A DNA stretch of 64,000 nucleotides from Tricharina praecox (Eukaryota), in NCBI RefSeq assembly GCF_024521635.1, contig NW_026250415.1, forward strand, positions 248,001 to 312,000, given 5' to 3'. Numbering within the stretch: position 1 is the stretch's first letter; every line of letters begins with the position of its first letter. Below, in pieces: positions 21,991-35,124 of this stretch. The notes below the pieces were generated by a model. It had not been told where the DNA came from, did not search any database, and saw only the letters and a list, made by a program, of their open reading frames with translations. The translations under genes were made by a program, and so were the position numbers.

Positions 21991-22969
21991 ATGGGCCGAT
22001 ACCACATCATCCCCGGCGTCTGGCGCGGCGTCGAAGCTAGGCCCCTCATCATATACCGCCACTTGATCCGCCAGGTGGGAGTCCTCCAGGATGACGTTAC
22101 ACGAAACTTCTTCAAACGCCATATACGAGAAAGATTCGAGGAAGGCCGCGATGACGAGAAGAAGCGGTTGACGCAGCATCTGCAAGAGGCACGACATGGG
22201 ATTAACCTCATCAAGAAGGCGAATCTGGGGTATCCGAAGCCCTTGATCAAGGTTATGGAGATTGCGTGGGGGAGGAGGGGCAAACGGCGCCACGAGTTGC
22301 TCAGGGTGGGTTTGCTACAGTCAACTGCGCAGTGAGTGCCATCACGGTGATCCGTCTGCTGATCGACATTTCTAGCCGATTCTGCAATACGGCAAACCCG
22401 AGCTCCCACATGACGATCCGCGTACACGTTACCCGTTCACCTCAAAGCCTTTCCGAGCCCTCCTCCAGAAGGCGCATGTCAAAAACATCGAAATTAAACT
22501 CCCCGAAAAGAACATTTGGGACGACCCGTTTCCGGTGGCACGGGAGCCACGCATACTTCAACGTCATCACACCAAGCTGGTGGAGCAATGCCCCGCGCCG
22601 CTATCGTTTGAAGATTTCGACCGGCTGCAGCGTCTCGCCAACGGCGAAGAAACGGCGATTCCACCACGGAGGAAGGTTCCTCTACGAAATAATATCGACC
22701 CCGAAGAGGATGTCAAGAATGGCGAGCGGCCGCACGAAATGACGCCGAGGTCATGGAGGAGATTGTATCAGCGCATTCTACAGCAGAGTTTAGCGATCAG
22801 GCAGGACCCTGAGACTGGCTCGTGGAAGGTGCTTGCGCCGGAAATAGTGCTCAAGAGGCCCGAGGCCGATGGGGAGGAGGTGGATTTCTTCCTCGTCCCG
22901 GGACCACAAAAGTTGACGCGGCAGGGAAAGCCGTATAAGGTTCAGCCGCCTGAGAAGGAGTATTGGTAG
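21991..22969 (+). CDS. Mitochondrial LYR-motif-like protein (Cup1-like)
   Basis: IYRHLIR...IRERF...AWGRRGKRRHELL. Intron 22306-22375 joins it in frame to PEKNIWDDPFP...RSWRRLYQRIL. Confidence 0.7.
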
Positions 22970-23824
22970 GGCTCAGTACGATGTGGTTGTAGAGAGGGGG
23001 CATACATGTAGATATCATACCACCAGGACTTGCTCACAACGTCCAGAAATTCCTTTTGTATCGGCGTCTCTGTTGATATTGTCGGTAACAGGTGTTCCGT
23101 CCAGCTGCTGTTATTGGGATAACATGTATCGGCCCTGAAAACACCAACCCCATCTCTTGTCACTCGATGTTTGCCTGCTGTAGATATATCCGCAACAGGG
23201 CATATTTTCCGATAGAACAGAACTCCGGGAAGACATAGATAAGGGCCTTGGTAGTTGGCAGGTTAGGCGGTTAGAACTTAATTCCATCCTATTGAGGCTG
23301 TCAACCCGTTCTGACGTTTGATGTCTAGATCCAACCGCGACATCGATCCTGTCAGTTGAGGGCAATAAGAGTTACATGTCAGTCACCGTGAGCTTCGATG
23401 GTTTCGCCAAGGTACCTTTCTTGGCACTCGAAACACCGCCAGATTAGAGTAGAGTAACGTCCCTTCTGTCAGCTGCCATTCAACCCAAAGGACTCCCCAT
23501 GTCAATCGCGCTACCCAACCTTGTTATCCGCGTTCAGTTTAAGGTCTATCAAAATCTCCAGGCTTCTTGATTGGCTGTGGTGGGGTTGATCTTCTCGATG
23601 CTTTGTTGTTATTGTTGTTGTTGTCGTCGGTGGACCCTCAACGTGTCCCCGTCTTGCTCTACTATTACTAGTAGGGTGCACAGAGTTCATCTCTCCCAAT
23701 CCCCCACACCACCGGCAACCCGCTTCAGCTGTACCTTATCTTCCTCGTACATCATCCGCTCTACGTCTCCGCGCCGCCCACGAAACGTCATCTACAGTAG
23801 GAACATCGTCACATAATCCTCGCC

Positions 23825-25119
23825 ATGTCAGCTACCTGGATCACCAAGAAAAAGAAGGGCGAGCTCATGCTCCTCTGCGACCATCTCGGCCTTGAGTGAG
23901 TGCTAGCCAGTGTTTACATTCTTTGCGCAACCCCGCCCAGTTGCCCGCAACCCGCAATAGCGCTAACTGGCTTCTAGCACGGAAGGCTACCTAAAGACCG
24001 ATCTCGAGGCGCTCCTGACACAATACCTCCAGGCGAACGAGAAGGAGCTGTCCAGCGATGAGACCTTCGCATCGTACTATGAGAGCGTTGCGCGCTCTCC
24101 GACGAAGCGGGCTGTCAAGACGGAGGAAGGGCCCTCCGCAACGCGTGCGCGGAGACGGACCACCAACCACTTCACCTCTAACACCTTTGAGGAGACCGGC
24201 TCCACATACTCGTACATACCTCTCCTCTGGCTCTCTCCACCCTGCGGCGCGGCCTCCGCCCTGCGGGGAAATGGACCACAACTGACGCGGTGCCACCCCC
24301 CATAGCGAAACAGAATCGACACCCGAGCGCAAGACGCGCGCCGGCTCGCGCAGCTTGAGCACGCGCACGCCGCGCACGATCCGCTCTCTCCGGGAAGCCG
24401 AAGCGGCGGCGACGCAGCTCCTACCGACACCCATGCGCGACGCCAAGATCGTCGCGCTCTCGTCGAACTCGGTGAAGCTGTCGTACGCGCCGTCGCCTGC
24501 CGTCGTGGCGAACGGGGTGTCGCCCGCCGCCGTCGCGGACGATATCGAGAACCGCGCTAATGCCATCATGGCCTCGGCCATGGACGTAGTCGAGAGGTCC
24601 GAGATTAAAGAGAAGGCCGTCGGCGTCCGTGATAGACTGTCAAACGTCATCTCGGTCAACGTCGCGTCGCTGGCACTCGAGGCGACGCTGCTGCTCGTCG
24701 CGGTCATCCCCGTTACGTACGAGCTCACTCTGCCCGCGGTCGACGCGATCGGATACCCAAGCACCAAGTACATCCTCCCCGACTTGTTCGTGCTCCTGAC
24801 GACCACGTTCTGGGCGCCGTTCCTGGCGTGGCTGATCCCAGCCGTCGTCCTGCCCATCATCAACGCGGTGGTGTTCAACCTGGTCTCCACCAGTGCGGCC
24901 AGGGACGGTGTCAAGTACAAGGCGGACCCGCTCACGTACGCGGTCACGCGTGCGCTGTGTGTGTACCTGGCCCACTACAAGGGCTTTACGTTCGGGGGGC
25001 TGCTGGGATCTGCTGCCGTCGCGACTGTGGGGACCACAGTCGGGAGGGAACTGCAGATGATCGGGGCCGGGATCGGAGGTATTGCGGCGTTGTGGGTGGG
25101 GATTCTGTCCAGACGGTGA
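23825..25119 (+). CDS. GTT3-like membrane protein (N-terminal KKxEL..L helix motif, C-terminal TM helices)
   Basis: Exon 1 MSATWITKKKKGELMLLCDHLGL; intron 23896-23977; exon 2 LKTDLEALL...FASYY; intron ~24212-24306; exon 3 hydrophobic with PDLFVLL...FW and DPLTYAV. Confidence 0.7.
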
Positions 25120-26087
25120 ATGTTCTGCATTTCCCGCCGGTGTTTGTTCGAAGTGCTCTTCGCACGGGCACGGGCGGACTGAGATATCCCAGCTGTATTT
25201 ACAATCCGTGTCTCTTTATGGTTGCGGGCTGTTGCTGTTGCTGTTGCTGTGCGGTTTAGTTTCCTTCCTTGTCGTTTGGGGTTCCCAGTAATTCGGATTG
25301 GATTGGATTGTGTATGACTCTATGTATGGATCGCTTTTTTCCTTTTCGTCCTGATTTTTTATACGAGTCTTTTGTGCTGTCTGTCTGTCTGTATCTGTAT
25401 CTGTAGCAATTGGATTTCGATGCTCGCGGGGATGAGGATGAAAGGCAGGACGGGACGGGGACAGGGAAGTCCCCCGCAATCGCTGGATCAACAAAGCAGG
25501 TTCGCGAGACTCGCCTGCGCAGTGCGGAGCCTGGTCGCTGAAGATCGGGCCTCCGCGGGGGACCGGGAAATGAGCGACTCTAGACTCGGCCTGCTTGCTC
25601 GAACGGACTGGACTGAGACGGGGGCGCGCTCTGTAGTTTGTCTCTCTCTATGTACTCGCCTTACAGCACCGTAGATATCCGATGCTCTCCAACTCTCTGA
25701 AGAGTCCCAGGAGTCGTGTTTGTAGAGTACTCTACGACCGCCGTCCTTCATTCCAGCCAGCATTGGATTCCCCTCAGACAGACCAAGCCCAGCCAAGTTC
25801 CACCCACACACACGCACACCCTCCCCAGCGGACCCCCTCATTCGCTCGCATAACAGCCCTCTCCCCTCTGCAGGGCCAGAGCCACGCAACGCAACGACAT
25901 TCTAAGCAAAGCCATATGACGCAGCAGCGCCCGTTGCAGTAGATAGCTGCACCGCACTTCCCCTGACGACGCGCCACTCTCGCACCGACCTGCGACCGCC
26001 GCCCGGTATTTCCTTCTTCCACTTCTTTCACGGCGACGACGACGCGTTGCCTGAAAGCAGCAGTAGTAGCCAGCAGTAGCAGCAACA

Positions 26088-29000
26088 ATGTCAACGCGCA
26101 CCGACGACGAAGAAGAGCTCGAGCTGGAGGAGGTGTTGGATTCCGCGAGCTACACCGCCCACAGACTGGTAAGCACATCGTTAACGTTAACCGCTGGAGG
26201 CCGCCGCAGCCGCCGCGGGCAGGACTGGTGGGCTGTGAGCTGATTGACGTATGTATGTAGCACCACGCAACGCCAGCGCATCTGCACCTCACATCACGAC
26301 GAATGTACGATCCCCCACTCTTTCTCCCGCCCCGTCGTCTCGCGGCGAAGTCGAGCGAGCGCTAAAGAGGTTGTTGTCGCAGCTTCGTCGGCCCCCTCCC
26401 GAAAGGCTGGATCAAGAACAAGGGCACCGAATGGTACAAGCAGCACATCCACTACACGAAGCGCACGTCGACGTTCAGCGCATCCGGTGCTGCGGGAGGG
26501 CGCAGCGTCACGGGCCTAACCATGCCGATCCCTCGGCGCAATTCGCGGGCCGCCGCCGTCGCTCCCGCACCCATCGCGATCCCGCTTCCGAGCACCTCGC
26601 ACGCCTCGAGTCCGACGATCCGGCCGGCCGCCAGACGAGGTGTTTCGGCGCCGCTGCAGTCGACGAGCGCCAGCCCGCCGACGCCGCCGCGAACCGGCGA
26701 CACGGACGTATCCGCGGCGACGGCGCGCGAGCGCCCGGCCACGGCCGCGGCCGCGCACGAATGGCCGAACTCCTTCGCGACGGCGAATGAGACGTGGGAG
26801 CACAGTGAGGAATTCCGGCGGCGGCGCCACGCAGCCACCACCGCGGATGGGGTGGCACCCGCAGACAGCGAGGCAGGTGCGAGTACCATTTCCGCTCCGA
26901 ACAGCTTCCAGGCTGGTGCTGGTGTCCTTGATTCCCAGGCGTCGTTGCTGAGGGCGGACCGGAGCGATCAGCGTAGGTTGAGTGATCCCGCATCACCCCC
27001 ACAACCACCGGATAAGAAGGAGTCGCTGGAAGAGCTAGAGCCGACGCCCTGGAATGCGCCTAGTAGTCGCGTTTCTACTAATCCCGAGCGCGTCACCGGC
27101 GGCTTGGTCAGGTTCAATACCGCCGACATGGATGTCCTGCGGAATAGGGACGAACACGCGCAGCAGAAGGTGGCGGGGTTGAGTAGGGCCCGCTCACTGG
27201 GGCTCGTGAAACGGAGACACTCGAGCCTCAAGCGGCATGATGGCGAGATCCTGAAGATGGAGAGTATGCTTGTACGTATCGAAGCCACGCATGCAACACA
27301 CCTGCCGGATGACTACGATGAGAACGAGAGCCTCAAGGTCAACACCAGAATCGTAGATAAGTGGCGAGAGTACGTGGTCGTGTGCAGAGAGAACGATGAT
27401 CCGGACGTCCCCATGGTAGTAAGGTTTTACAAGAGCCGGACTATCCCGGCGGTCGATAAGCAGCACGTCTCGTCACGAACTGCGAGGGAGATCCCGCTGA
27501 ATCCCAAAACGACCAGAGCAAATCTTTATTCGTCACTCGACAAGACCCTGGTTATATGGCTTCCTGGCAAAAGGGGCACGCTTATATACATCATGCGGCC
27601 TCGGTGTGCCTCCAGCTCCGTGGAGTGGTACACCTTCTTGCGGACAGCGCTCGGCGAGCCGCAGGGCAAATCTTTGCAGCTGTCAGTGCCGGACCTGACG
27701 CTAACGATCAACATTGAGAACCCATTCAACCGGGAGGACCACACGAAGCACAACGCTGTGGGCGACATCACCGAGATCGCGGAGCGGGACGTCGCTGGGA
27801 CCATCCTCAAGAAGAGCATGAGCATGCTCGAGAACGTGAACGAGTGGGAAAACATCCTGGTGCACTGGAAGACGCACGAGCGGATGGGCCTGGCGTGGAG
27901 GCGCTATGATCGCCTAGAATGGGTGCACGGCGTCAATGAGCAGCGCATGGATGGCTCCATCGCCATGCAGAAGACCCACGAGCTAGAGCTGCGCCCGAAG
28001 ATCCACTATCCGACCGAGAGCACGCTCGAGACTGGCGAGAAGATGACGGAGCCGCCGCCCGTGGAGGGGTTCTTGGTCCGTCTGACGTCGGGCAAGGGAC
28101 GGGGCGAGAGACTCGGGAGGAAGTTCCAGAAGCGCCAGTATTGGGCTACGCACGATCAGTATCTGTGTTACTGCCAACCTGGCCGCGCACTCCCGCCCGC
28201 ACCGCCGAAATCGCTGCATAGAGGCGGCGTTACCCCGACGCTGAGCGAAATCGCGGCGGAGATGCCGTTGATTTACTGTGTTTCGCCGTTCGCCCTGAAT
28301 GCGGAGAGTGATATCGAATGGCTAGCGGCTGATCCTGTCCCCGGCCACATCAAGAGGAAGGACGAGGAAGCGTATCACGAGGCCGAGAGGAGAGTCAATC
28401 TGCTCGGTAAAGCCGAGGGGTTCGTCGATCTCACAAAGGCCATCCAGGCGCGCCGCGTGGTTCCCGACTGCACACCCGGCGGTGGCGACGGGCCCGCAGA
28501 AGAGTCAGACGGCAGCACCGTGCAAAGCGACGACGAGATGTGTTTCGAGATCGTATTGGACAACGGGCTCGCGCTGAAATTGCAAGCGTTCGATGCACAG
28601 ACACGCGACGAGTGGATCCTGCGGCTGGATGATCTGATCAAATACTGGCGCGCGCGCGACCGCGGCGACTTGGCTATCATCCGCCGCATCAGGGATACGA
28701 ACCTTAAACAGCTGAATATGGATGAGGAGATGGAGTCGCTGATGGGGCAGTTTGGGCGGAAATGGGAGGTTTCTCGCACCATCGCGTCTGGCGAGCTGTT
28801 CAATGTCTGCGGCCTCTCGTCCTGCCGCACCATCACCGTAAGTCGTTCCCGCCGTTTCTCTCCAGCCCTGTATGTTAATCCAGCACAGCTATCCGGCCCA
28901 CTGTACCGCAAACCGCGGCGCCACGCCACCTTCCGCCGCTACAACGTGATCCTGTGCAACGGCGAGCTGCTAATCTTCCAGCACACGACACGGGGGCGCA

Positions 29001-29434
29001 CAGGAAAAGAAGTGCGGACCGCACTACAAGAGAAGCACATCACGTTCCCGCTGCGGGACTGCTACATCTACAGCGGGCTGGTGACGAGCTCCGACCTGCT
29101 ATACCAAAACCGCACATTCGACTCGAACTCTCCGGGGCGCCACGCGCTCCCCCGGATCTTCGCTGACGGATACACCTCCCACGACGAGGACTCGATGACC
29201 TGCTTCGTGCTGTGGCATGGTAGTCGGCGATCGGTCTTTACGAAGCGAGATGAGGAGGGTGGCAAGGTCGCTACGAGACTCGTGCCCCCGCTGGGGCACA
29301 CGGGAAAGACGATCGTGTTTAAGGCCAGGAGTAGGCTCGAGAGGGACGCTTGGGTCATGAGTATCACTATGGAGATTGAACGGTTAAATGTCGGCGCGCC
29401 GGAGGAGATTAATGTGGCCGTGCCGAAGAAGTAG
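26088..29434 (+). CDS. SPO71: Spo71/Mug56-like multi-PH-domain sporulation (prospore membrane) protein
   Basis: Spliced N-terminus SYTAHRL-HHATPAHLHLTSRRIFVGPLPKGW, MGLAWRRYDRLEW, THELELRPK, PPPVEGFL, FKARSRLERDAWVMSI. Introns ~26170-26260, ~26305-26382 and 28838-28888. Confidence 0.85.
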
Positions 29435-30619
29435 AGGTTTGCGTGGGGAGGGCGGGGCAAGGTCTATTCCTTTCTTTTCCTTTCCTCCTTTCCTCACCCG
29501 TTTTTTTTTGGGAAGTTGCGTTGCTTCTGGCTTCCTGCTTCCGTGTTTCCGCGTTGCTGGCTTACTTGCTGATCATGAGCCTGGCGTTTGTTTCTTTCTT
29601 TCTTGGTGGATTTTTTTTTACAAGACTGGAGTGACTTTTTTAGTCTGGAGGGACTTTTTTTTATTACGGAGGGACTGTATTCTAATGTTTGGTAGTCGGG
29701 GACTCGGGGTGGTGGGAATGAATGGAACTGGTACATACGGGGGGTATACATAGGATCCATTGCGGTTGCAGCTGCACTGTGCTGTAGTGGATATGGGCAT
29801 GGTGTCTAAGGAAAGTGGAGGGCGGGATGGTGAGTGGAGCGTAGTGGCCGAGTTACACTTGTTGAAGCTGGCACTTGGAGAAAACCGATACATCAACATA
29901 TAGATACTGCACAGTGAGTCGTGAAGCGAGTCAAGCGGCTATTGCCACCGCCGCTGCTATTCACGCTCACTTTACATTGTAGTCGGAATAACTATTGAGA
30001 CTGAAGAGGTGATTGATATTCAGACCACCTGGGGGCCGAATGAGCGGTGCGCACAAACTAGCATGATTGGGGCTCGGGAATGGGAAGGCACTGGCTTGAA
30101 AGTTGGAACTTGGAATAGCAGGCTCCGCTCGAATGAACGGGTTCGTCGAGATGTGATGCCCGCTTATGCTATGAGTCTATTCCCCTTCCAAGCGGGTCTG
30201 TCTCAAGCGTCAATGGCGCCGGTCAGTCTGTCACCTTTTCTTCCATCGGGCATCCCGTGTAGTACATAACAATTCTCACCCGTGCGATTCCAAATGGTCT
30301 AGGGACTCACGGCAGCGGCGTCTGTCAACCGCCTCCCGGTAGAACAAAGGAAGAAATAGGACGTACATATATGTAGACGTCGAGAAACCACTGGCTGGCT
30401 GTTAGAGCATTAGCCTCCGTCCGAAACTCCGAATACAGCGGTATTTCGGACATGGGAGATCACTCTAACTCAAGTCTCATTCTGTGACTTCATTGGCGGT
30501 GACGGTGACGGTCAGCAAGCCTACCTACCTACCGGCTATCCACCCTCAGCCGTCATTGGTCTAGCATCCCTCTGCCACGATTCTTAGTACGATCGGTAAG
30601 AGTGGTGATTGGACGATAG

Positions 30620-32065
30620 TCTTCGAGTAGCTATTCAGCCTCGCCAGACACCGGCTGCAGGGTCAACTCTGAGCTAAAAAACAACCAAACACTTCACTTG
30701 TTACCAGCTCCCGTTTGACCCAACACAGCCTATGCTGAGAAGACGGCAGCGATGGCATGAGACGCTGGTGCGAACGAGCCACGGAATCTTCCATCTTCCA
30801 AGAAGCACTTGAGTAGCCATTCTGCCTCGCCAGCTGCTGGGTCAATTCCAATTTCCGTGATAGAGCTAGGTAATCTAAGAAGCACTCGAGTACCGATATG
30901 TAGCCATTCAGCCTCGCCAACTACAGGACACTAGTGCGATCGAGCCAGGGGATCTTCCAAGAAGCACTGCAGTGGCCATTCAGCCTCGTCAGCTGCAAGA
31001 CGCCGGCGCGATCCAGTCAGGGAATCTTCCATCTTTCAAGATTTACATACTTGGGTATGTAGCCATTCAGCCTTGCCAGCTGCACGGTCAATTCCGTGAT
31101 CTAACAACCAAACACTTCACTTTTTTCAACCCCAGCTCGAACCAACGCAACTCATGCCGAGAAGCCGGCGGCAACGGCGTGAGACGCTGGTGCGATTGAG
31201 CCAGATAATCTTCCATCTTCCAAGAAGCACTTGAGTAGCTATTCAGCCTCGCCAGCCGCAAGACGCTGGTGCAATCAAGCTAGGGGGTCTTCTAAGAAGC
31301 ACTCGAGACTTGTGCAGCTATTTAGTCTTGCCAGTTGGAGGGTCAACTCAAATTACCGTGATTGAACAACTGACTATTTCACTTGTCAACTTGTTAACCC
31401 TCGCTCGACGCAACACAACCCATGCCGAGACACTGGTGCGGTAGAGTCGGGGGGATCTTCCAAGAAACACGCGAGAAGTCATTCAGCCTTGCCAGCTACA
31501 CGACGCTGGTGCGATTGAGCCAGGGAATCTTCCAAGAAGCACTCAAATGGCCATTCAGCCTCGCCAGCTGCACGGTCAATTCCGTGATCCAACAACCAAC
31601 CACTTATTGCCTACTCCCATTCGGGGAATATTCCAAGAAGCACTCGAGATTCGAGTAGCCATTCAGCCTCACCAGCTGCAGGGTCAATTCCGTTCTCGAC
31701 TCCCGCTCAACGCAACGCAACCCATGCCGAGAAGACTGCGGCGGCGGAATCGAGCCATGGTGATCTTCCGTCTTCCAAGAAGCAGTCAAGTGGCCATTCA
31801 TCCTCGCCAGGCTCCAGCTGCAGGTTCAATTCCGATTTCAGTGATCGAGCACCCAACCAACCACTTGTTGTCCACCCTCGCTCGACTCCACGCAACCCAT
31901 GCCGAAAAGGTGACGGCGGCGGCGACGCTGGTGCGATCGAGTCAAGGGATCTTCCATCTTCCAAGAATCACTTGAGTAGCCATTCAGCCTCGCCAGCCGT
32001 CCATCCCCCCCTCCCCCTAGCAATCCTCACGCCCGATCACTCGCGTCCAACGCAACGCAACCCCA
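30620..32065 (+). repeat. Modular tandem array: 12 copies of a ~45-bp core (ATCTTCCAAGAAGCACTYGAGTAGCCATTCAGCCTCGCCAGCTGCA) with recurring short and long linker modules
   Basis: Core copies near 30625, 30811, 30899, 30970, 31057, 31233, 31312, 31473, 31545, 31653, 31788 and 31974. Confidence 0.92.
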
Positions 32066-32230
32066 CTACCCCGCACTGTCACGTTAAACGAAGCTCTGGG
32101 GTCCGGGGGTCCGGGGTTTTGGCGTCCGGAGGGTTCCAAGTTCCAACCCCCCTCTCCCCTCTCTTCTCACAAGCTCGTTCTAGAACACAAAACACACGGT
32201 GATCCCTTTACATACATCACTGTGCATAAC

Positions 32231-32265
32231 GGTTTGGTTTGGTTTGGTTTGGTTTGGTTTGGTTT
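32231..32265. repeat. (GGTTT)7 microsatellite
   Basis: Seen directly. Confidence 0.95.
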
Positions 32266-32878
32266 GGGTTTTGGTTCGTAATCCTCCTCGAGGCTCTAAG
32301 TAGGCTCGAAGTAGGCTCGAAGTAGAAACACGATCCTGACGGGTAACGGCGTGGATGGGTGAATGGGCTGGATGCGATGCGCTGGCCGGGTGGAGGCTCA
32401 TGATCACCCCTCACACTCCCTCTCAGATCAGATGGCGGGGGAGGGCGCGGGGGGGAGGCTTTGATGTGATGTGATGAGATGCGAAGGAATACTTCCATGC
32501 AGTGTTCTGGATTATCAATTACTCGATGTTCTCAAGTAACGTTGCTTCTGGAACTCGTATCGCTGCCGGGGCCGAGGCCGCGGGAGTTGGTGTTGGGCTA
32601 GTGCGCACTGCGGGCCCAGGTCCAGGACCCCACAATCCCGCTGCCCCACACCCCCGCTGCCCCACATGACGCCATAGATACTTGGAGTTGAAGCTCTATG
32701 TAGAAACTCTATGAACACACGGTTTGGCGTATGCTAGCTCGACTCTACGCGACATACAATACACTACTCTACATCCACTACACTATTCTACATTACGATA
32801 CCTCAAGGTGCCATTCAGCCTTCAGGTACACATCACTCCGACCACCCTCGCTCACCCTCGAGCACTCGACCGCCCCGA

Positions 32879-32946
32879 GCACCTGATCCACCTGATCCAC
32901 CTGATCCACCTCATCCACCTCAACCACCTCAACCACCCCAACCACC
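32879..32946. repeat. 9-bp minisatellite (CACCTGATC grading into CACCTCAAC) in the 5' region of the GNAT gene
   Basis: Seen directly. Confidence 0.85.
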
Positions 32947-32977
32947 CTCGCCCCCTCTCAACCACCAACCGCCCGCA

Positions 32978-33804
32978 ATGACTTCGACCATAACCCTCCG
33001 CCACGCCGTTCCCAGCGGTAATCCCCCCTTGCCCCGTCCCGTCCCCTCTGCCCCCGCCGCCCAAACCCATTTCCATAGTGAGCACGCACTAACCTTGAAG
33101 TACCAGACATCCCCCAAATCCTCACCCTAATCCACGCCCTCGCCGCGTACGAGCGCGAGCCGCCGTCGACCGTAGCCGCCACTGAGTCAAGCCTACTACG
33201 CACTCTCTTCCCCTCCACCTCCTCTGCCCCCTCCTCTTCCACTCCCGCCGTCCCAGCCTACGCGCGCGTCCTCCTCGCCTTCCTCCCCTCATCTAACCCC
33301 TCCCCCGCCCCTGATGGTAGCGAAGAACCAGCAGGCATAGCAATCTACTTCCCAAACTACTCCACATGGCGTGCGGCGCCGGGGCTGCACCTCGAAGACC
33401 TCTTCGTGCGGGAATCTTATCGGGGACGGGGCGTGGGGACCGCGTTGCTCTCCGCGCTGGCGAGGGAGACCAGGGGGATGGGAGGTCAGAGGCTGGAGTG
33501 GAGTGTGCTTAAATGTAAGCTTCCCTTTTACAGTGGGATTGGTGGGGGAGGGAGGGAGGGAGGGAGGAAGGGAGGGGGAGAGGGGGGGAGGGCTGAAGGA
33601 AGGCGGCTGACAAGCAGCCGCACAGGGAATGAGCCCAGCATTAAGTTCTATGAGTCGCTCGGCGCTGAGAACCTCGGTGTCGAGTGGCAGGTCATGAGGG
33701 TTAGCGACGAGGCGCTGACAGCGCTGGCGGCGAGGGGGCCGGAGGTGGAGTGGGCGTCAGCGCCATCGTCCCCCTACGCACATACGTCCGGGCGAGACGA
33801 GTGA
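32978..33804 (+). CDS. ats1: GNAT N-acetyltransferase, diamine/spermidine acetyltransferase (SSAT/ats1-like)
   Basis: Spliced: DIPQILTLIHALAAYER...YFPNYSTWRAAPGLHLEDLFVRESYRGRGVG...RLEWSVLKWNEPSIKFYESLGA. Introns 33018-33106 and 33515-33625. Confidence 0.88.
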
Positions 33805-35124
33805 TATGCCGTGCGAGGTCACGCGACTACTACATACCTAGGTAGGTCAGACGAATGAACTGCGCACTGCGGATTCCTATTATATCCTGAATATCCCGAT
33901 TCCTTCGTCTGTCTGTCTCGTCTGGGAGCCGTCTTGTCTCCCGACCCACGAGTCCTTCACCCTCCATACCGGAGAATATCTATAGAAAAAAGTAATAGCA
34001 GAGCCCTCCCCCCCATCCCCCGCCCATCCCTTTATCCTCCGCCAAACCCAACCGATGAGCATCCAACCGACCGAGCATCCAACCGACCGAGCATCCAGTC
34101 AACCAACCAACCAACCCACAAATTCAACCCCTCACGCCAAAAGTAAAAAGTGAAAGAAATAAAAGAAAACAAGAGAAAAAAAGATCATGGTAAAAAAACA
34201 CTTAACTTTTGTATATACCCCCGAGATGTAAAAAAGAAGGAAAAATAAATGCAAACGACCCGCTACCGACCGACACACCCCGAGGAGAAAGAGAGAAAGA
34301 AAAGAAAGAAAAGGGAATAAGTGGAGTAGAGTGAGGAGTGAGGAGGGATGGATGGATGGTCCATGGAGAGCCTGTCATGTGTGTGTGTGTGTGTGGTTTA
34401 CCTAAAACGCAATGATGATGTAGGTACCATACGGAAGAGTAATGAAAATGAAAATGAAGAAAGAAAGAAAGGGAAAAGAAAGAAACCAAAAAGAAAGAAA
34501 ATAACACAAAATCAAAAAAGAACTTTTCCGTAACCCCAACCACCCCGTCCGAACCAAACCCCGTATTCCAGCCCCAGACCTTTACCACCCCTTCCCCCCT
34601 CCTCTCTCCTCCATTGCCCAAAAGAAAGTAACTGACACCCACGCGCATGGGAGCGAGGAGACGTGACCTCTGTAACAGAGCACGTGGTGGTAAAATCCAA
34701 CGGTGGTTCAATAACCTGCAAAAAGAAAACAAAAAAACAATGTAGAGAGCAAACCCATTCCGTCTACCGGTGGACCCAGATACAAGCAGAAGCAAGAAAG
34801 AAAGGAAGCAGGCCGTCATCAAGTCATCAAGAATATGTGCCGCCACCGGCCGATACACCAAGAAGCCAGTAGACCCCCACCGCGATCCCGGGATGATGAG
34901 AGGGGCCCACTCGAAACGAGCTGAAGAGAAGCCACGTGAAGGTGAACCGAGAAAAGCAATGACCAAACCAAATTGCACGAAAGCCGCCCCTCCAGAGTGC
35001 CAACCGGGCACATCGAGTGTTCGTGGAGAAAAACCGTAAATCAAAGCGTTATATGCCCCAGGTGTTGACAGGGAAAGATGTACGCAGGACATATGTTGAA
35101 TATAAATGATCCCATGCTTGTCGT

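Noticed and set aside
31788..31835. tRNA gene from the B-box-like GGTTCAATTCC
   Set aside because: No cloverleaf or acceptor stem, and the A-box-like word is too close.
30663..32023. Short ORFs with repeated peptides (VAIQPRQL, GIFQEAL)
   Set aside because: Frame and stops differ from unit to unit, so these are by-products of the DNA repeat.
30620..32065. CRISPR array interpretation of the core/linker repeat
   Set aside because: Linkers are recurring homologous modules of very unequal length rather than unique spacers. The cores are degenerate, no cas genes are present, and the host is a eukaryote.
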